DNA of 64,000 bases. It comes from Candidatus Cloacimonadales bacterium. Its GTDB lineage: Bacteria > Cloacimonadota > Cloacimonadia > Cloacimonadales > JAIOQZ01. The stretch is from the NCBI GenBank assembly GCA_963662655.2, contig CAXXTU010000002.1, positions 2,848,001 through 2,912,000 on the forward strand. Reading direction: 5' to 3'. Positions 61,060 through 64,000 of this stretch are shown here, piece by piece (positions within the stretch are counted from its first letter, which is position 1; each line of letters begins with the position of its first letter). Under the pieces are notes generated by a model that was not told where the DNA came from, did not search any database, and was given only the letters and a program-made list of their open reading frames with translations. A program made the translations under genes and the position numbers.

Positions 61060-63456
61060 ATGCTGGGGAAAATATTAATTGTAGGTTTCAGAAATCTTCT
61101 AAAAAACAAAACGTTTTCTCTGATCAATGTTGTGGGGCTCGCGGTGGGACTTGCGTCCTGCGTGTTTCTGATACTGATAGCCAATTTCCATTTTCATTTC
61201 GATGACTACCATTCGAAGATTGATCGAATCTATCGACTGAACGACCGCATTGTCGGGCATGGAAGCATCGACCACAACACTGCACTCACACCGCCCGAGT
61301 GGTCTCCCGCGATGATGGAAGAGTACCCGGAGATCGAGAATTACGTACGTTTCGAGGACGGAAACATCAATATTCGCATCGGAGACGAGCTGAAGAATTT
61401 CTATGTCGTCTTCGCCGATACGACCATCTTCGATGTGTTCGATTTCCCGCTCATTGCCGGGGACCCCAAAACCGCCTTGAGAGATCCTTACTCGATTGTA
61501 TTGGGAAAAGATTATGCGGAGCAGATGTTCCCGGGCGAGAATCCCATCGGCAAAACGCTCTTTGCAACGGTGGAAAACCGCAACTACCGTGTTACGGGAT
61601 TGATGGACGAGATACCGTACAACACAACGATGTTCCTTCCCGCAATCGCATCATACAGCACGCTGGGCGAGGTCAACTGGCAGTACTACGGCTCCTGGTA
61701 CTATCACGCCGTAACGAATTTCCTTCTTCTGAAGCCGAACACGGATTATAAAAAGCTACAGGAAAAATTCCCCGATTTCATCGACGAGCACATGGACACG
61801 GACAAGGTGGGGCGCTACAAGCCTTTCCTGCAACCGATGAAGAATTACCATCTGAGAAAACGTTTTCTTCGCAGCGAGCAGGGCAATTTCATCGATCAGA
61901 ATATTGTCTTGCTGATCGGCGGAATCGGTCTGCTGGTGATCGTCCTTGCATCGATCAATTATATCAATTTATCCAGCGCCATATCATTAAAACGATCCCG
62001 CGAGGTCGGAATGCGTAAGATTTTCGGTTCCGTCAGGCAGCAGATCGTCGCGCAGTTCATGGCAGAATCGCTGATTTTATCGATTCCTTCCGGCGTGATC
62101 GGCTCGGTATTGATCGAGCTCATTATCAAGTATCTGAATTCCGCTTACTTCGATAACATATTTCCCACGCCATACTACAGCATCTCTTTCATATTCATGG
62201 TGACGATGATCATATCGGTTATCGTGGGGCTATTGGCAGGAATCTATCCGTCCTTTGTCCTTTCTTCCTACAGGCCGTCCGCCGCGTTGAAGGAGGGTTC
62301 CACCAAGGGTCTGAAGGGGATGTGGTTTCGCAAGCTCTTCATTGTGGTTCAGTTCTTCCTGGCGATCACCCTGCTGGTCATCAACATCAATTTCTACCGG
62401 CAGATCAAGTATATGGAGACCAAGGATTATGGGTTCAGTCCGGACAGCCTGTTTATGATTTCGAATCCGCTCGATTCGCGGTACGAACGGGCAGAGACAT
62501 TCCGGCAGAGGCTGCTCGACGTTCAGGGTGTGAAGGAAGTGGGTTTTTCCGCCAATACGCCCGGACTGGGCTACTGGTGGGGTCGTTTCCTTCCGGAGGG
62601 AGCAGACCAGCATGACGGCAGGATGTACAAGGTGCTTTTCACGGATGACAGAACCATGCAGATCATGGATTTCAAGCTGCTTGAGGGGCGCTTCTTCTCG
62701 ACGGAATTCGCGACCGACAGTATCAACACCGCGATCATCAATGAGGCGGCGCTTCGTGAGTTTGGCTGGGATACGGCTGTCGGCAAGAAGGTCAACTATA
62801 TGTATCAGGAATTCGGCGATTCCACTCGCACGATCATCGGTGTGGTGAAGGACTTTCATTCGGACAATTTAACCGAACCGATCACCCCCATGATCATTAT
62901 GTTCAACCCCAATTTCATGAACATCGCGAACATCAAATACGATATATCGCGGCGCAAGGAAATCAAAGACGAGATCGTGGAGATATGGAAGGAGTATCAG
63001 CCGGATTCTCCGATCAATTACGGGACGTTTTTCGACGACATCCTTGCCCGTCGTATTCAGAGCATCAAGCCGTTCGTTCAGATGATCTCCATGTTTACGG
63101 GATTATCGATCTTCATTGCGTGCATGGGATTATTCGGCCTGGTATCGCTTGTGGCGCAGCAGAAGAGGAAGGAGATGGGTATCCGCAAGGTGTTCGGCGC
63201 GTCCGGAGGGAGGATTGCCTACGAGGTGTCGTCGTATCTGTTACGATACGTGGTGGTGGCGAATGTATTGGCAATACCCTTTTCGGTATATGTGCTGTCT
63301 CAGGTGACAAAGAACATTGCGTATGTGGTTGAATATGCCTTATGGCCTTATGTTGTGGCTGCGTTGGCTACGCTGGTCATTGCGTTTATTTCGGTGGGCT
63401 GGCACGCGGTGAAGACGGCGGCATCGAACCCCGTGGAATCGTTACGATACGAATAG
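61060..63456 (+). CDS. ABC transporter permease, MacB/FtsX family (duplicated)
   Basis: FRNLLKNKTFSLINVVGLAVG, INYINLS..KRSREVGMRKIFG, IACMGLFGL, KEMGIRKVFGAS, NPVESLRYE. Confidence 0.93.
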   Translation: MLGKILIVGFRNLLKNKTFSLINVVGLAVGLASCVFLILIANFHFHFDDYHSKIDRIYRLNDRIVGHGSIDHNTALTPPEWSPAMMEEYPEIENYVRFEDGNINIRIGDELKNFYVVFADTTIFDVFDFPLIAGDPKTALRDPYSIVLGKDYAEQMFPGENPIGKTLFATVENRNYRVTGLMDEIPYNTTMFLPAIASYSTLGEVNWQYYGSWYYHAVTNFLLLKPNTDYKKLQEKFPDFIDEHMDTDKVGRYKPFLQPMKNYHLRKRFLRSEQGNFIDQNIVLLIGGIGLLVIVLASINYINLSSAISLKRSREVGMRKIFGSVRQQIVAQFMAESLILSIPSGVIGSVLIELIIKYLNSAYFDNIFPTPYYSISFIFMVTMIISVIVGLLAGIYPSFVLSSYRPSAALKEGSTKGLKGMWFRKLFIVVQFFLAITLLVININFYRQIKYMETKDYGFSPDSLFMISNPLDSRYERAETFRQRLLDVQGVKEVGFSANTPGLGYWWGRFLPEGADQHDGRMYKVLFTDDRTMQIMDFKLLEGRFFSTEFATDSINTAIINEAALREFGWDTAVGKKVNYMYQEFGDSTRTIIGVVKDFHSDNLTEPITPMIIMFNPNFMNIANIKYDISRRKEIKDEIVEIWKEYQPDSPINYGTFFDDILARRIQSIKPFVQMISMFTGLSIFIACMGLFGLVSLVAQQKRKEMGIRKVFGASGGRIAYEVSSYLLRYVVVANVLAIPFSVYVLSQVTKNIAYVVEYALWPYVVAALATLVIAFISVGWHAVKTAASNPVESLRYE

Positions 63457-63507
63457 CGCCTGCTTGGAAACAGACGCTATTCACAAAAAATACAAGGAAG
63501 CGCAGAC

Positions 63508-64000
63508 TTATTGATTCATTATGTTCTGCGCTTCTTCTTTATCGTCTCCATAGGTGAAAACGCTCAGGATGTTGTGGGAGTTCTCCGGGTCCACAACTTT
63601 GGGATACAGGATTCTCAGCGCAGATATCTGATCGTCCGAGTACGTGAGAACGCTTAATACGCGAGCGGATTGATCGACCGTGAAATGATTGCGTTTCGCG
63701 GCTGTTCGGATGACATTGAGCTGGTCATCGGCGAAGCTTTCGTTTCGGATTTGATTCAGCAGGCGGTCGAAGTCCACTCCGTTCATCGCCTGATTTCCCG
63801 ATTCTGCTTCCACGCTGCCTGCATCGATGTCGGTGCCGGTCTCGGTGACGCTCACATTCATGGAGAAGCTAGCCGACGATTCATTCGAGGATGTGGCGGA
63901 CGTTGAAACGCTGATGCTCTGGTCCGATGGGATGTTGGCAAGCATTGCGAATACTTCATCCATGAGTTTTTTAGCCTTCATGCTTTCAGTTCTGCCCAAT
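63508..64000 (-). CDS. DUF4476-like domain protein (5' part outside window)
   Basis: FDRLLNQIRNESFADDQL...FTVDQ..RVL...LRILYPKVVDPEN. Confidence 0.75.
   Translation of the reverse strand, partial: LGRTESMKAKKLMDEVFAMLANIPSDQSISVSTSATSSNESSASFSMNVSVTETGTDIDAGSVEAESGNQAMNGVDFDRLLNQIRNESFADDQLNVIRTAAKRNHFTVDQSARVLSVLTYSDDQISALRILYPKVVDPENSHNILSVFTYGDDKEEAQNIMNQ

Overview
64 kb of a diderm bacterial chromosome. Many secreted proteins end in an FlgD-Ig/T9SS-type C-terminal domain (NxPNPFNP...KMLLLK) and there are two PorV/PorQ-like genes, which suggests an FCB-group organism such as Cloacimonadota (inferred from gene style, not from a search). Most of the window is housekeeping: tdk, yggT, divIVA, PNP, lspA, polA, greA, M18 aminopeptidase, cpoB, bamD, nadD, rsgA, nadK, recN, eno, lnt, recJ, rnpB, nadC. 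I saw no CRISPR array, rRNA, tRNA, integrase, transposase or reverse transcriptase. Main unexplained signals: (1) a pseudokinase-GAF-sigma54 activator gene with an outward-pointing -24/-12 promoter on each side. Each promoter leads into a short structured, U-terminated transcript, and three TTCCCA-N4-TGGGAA palindromes lie on the left side. (2) Two dispersed ~130-nt rod hairpins with compensatory base changes bracket the tdk-polA block. (3) A secreted-protein gene is split by a G12 tract. (4) A hybrid kinase sits between remnants of a secreted-protein gene. (5) A putative outer-membrane gene lies between degenerate direct repeats. (6) Two REP-doublet elements. All calls come from reading motifs by eye; no database search was run.
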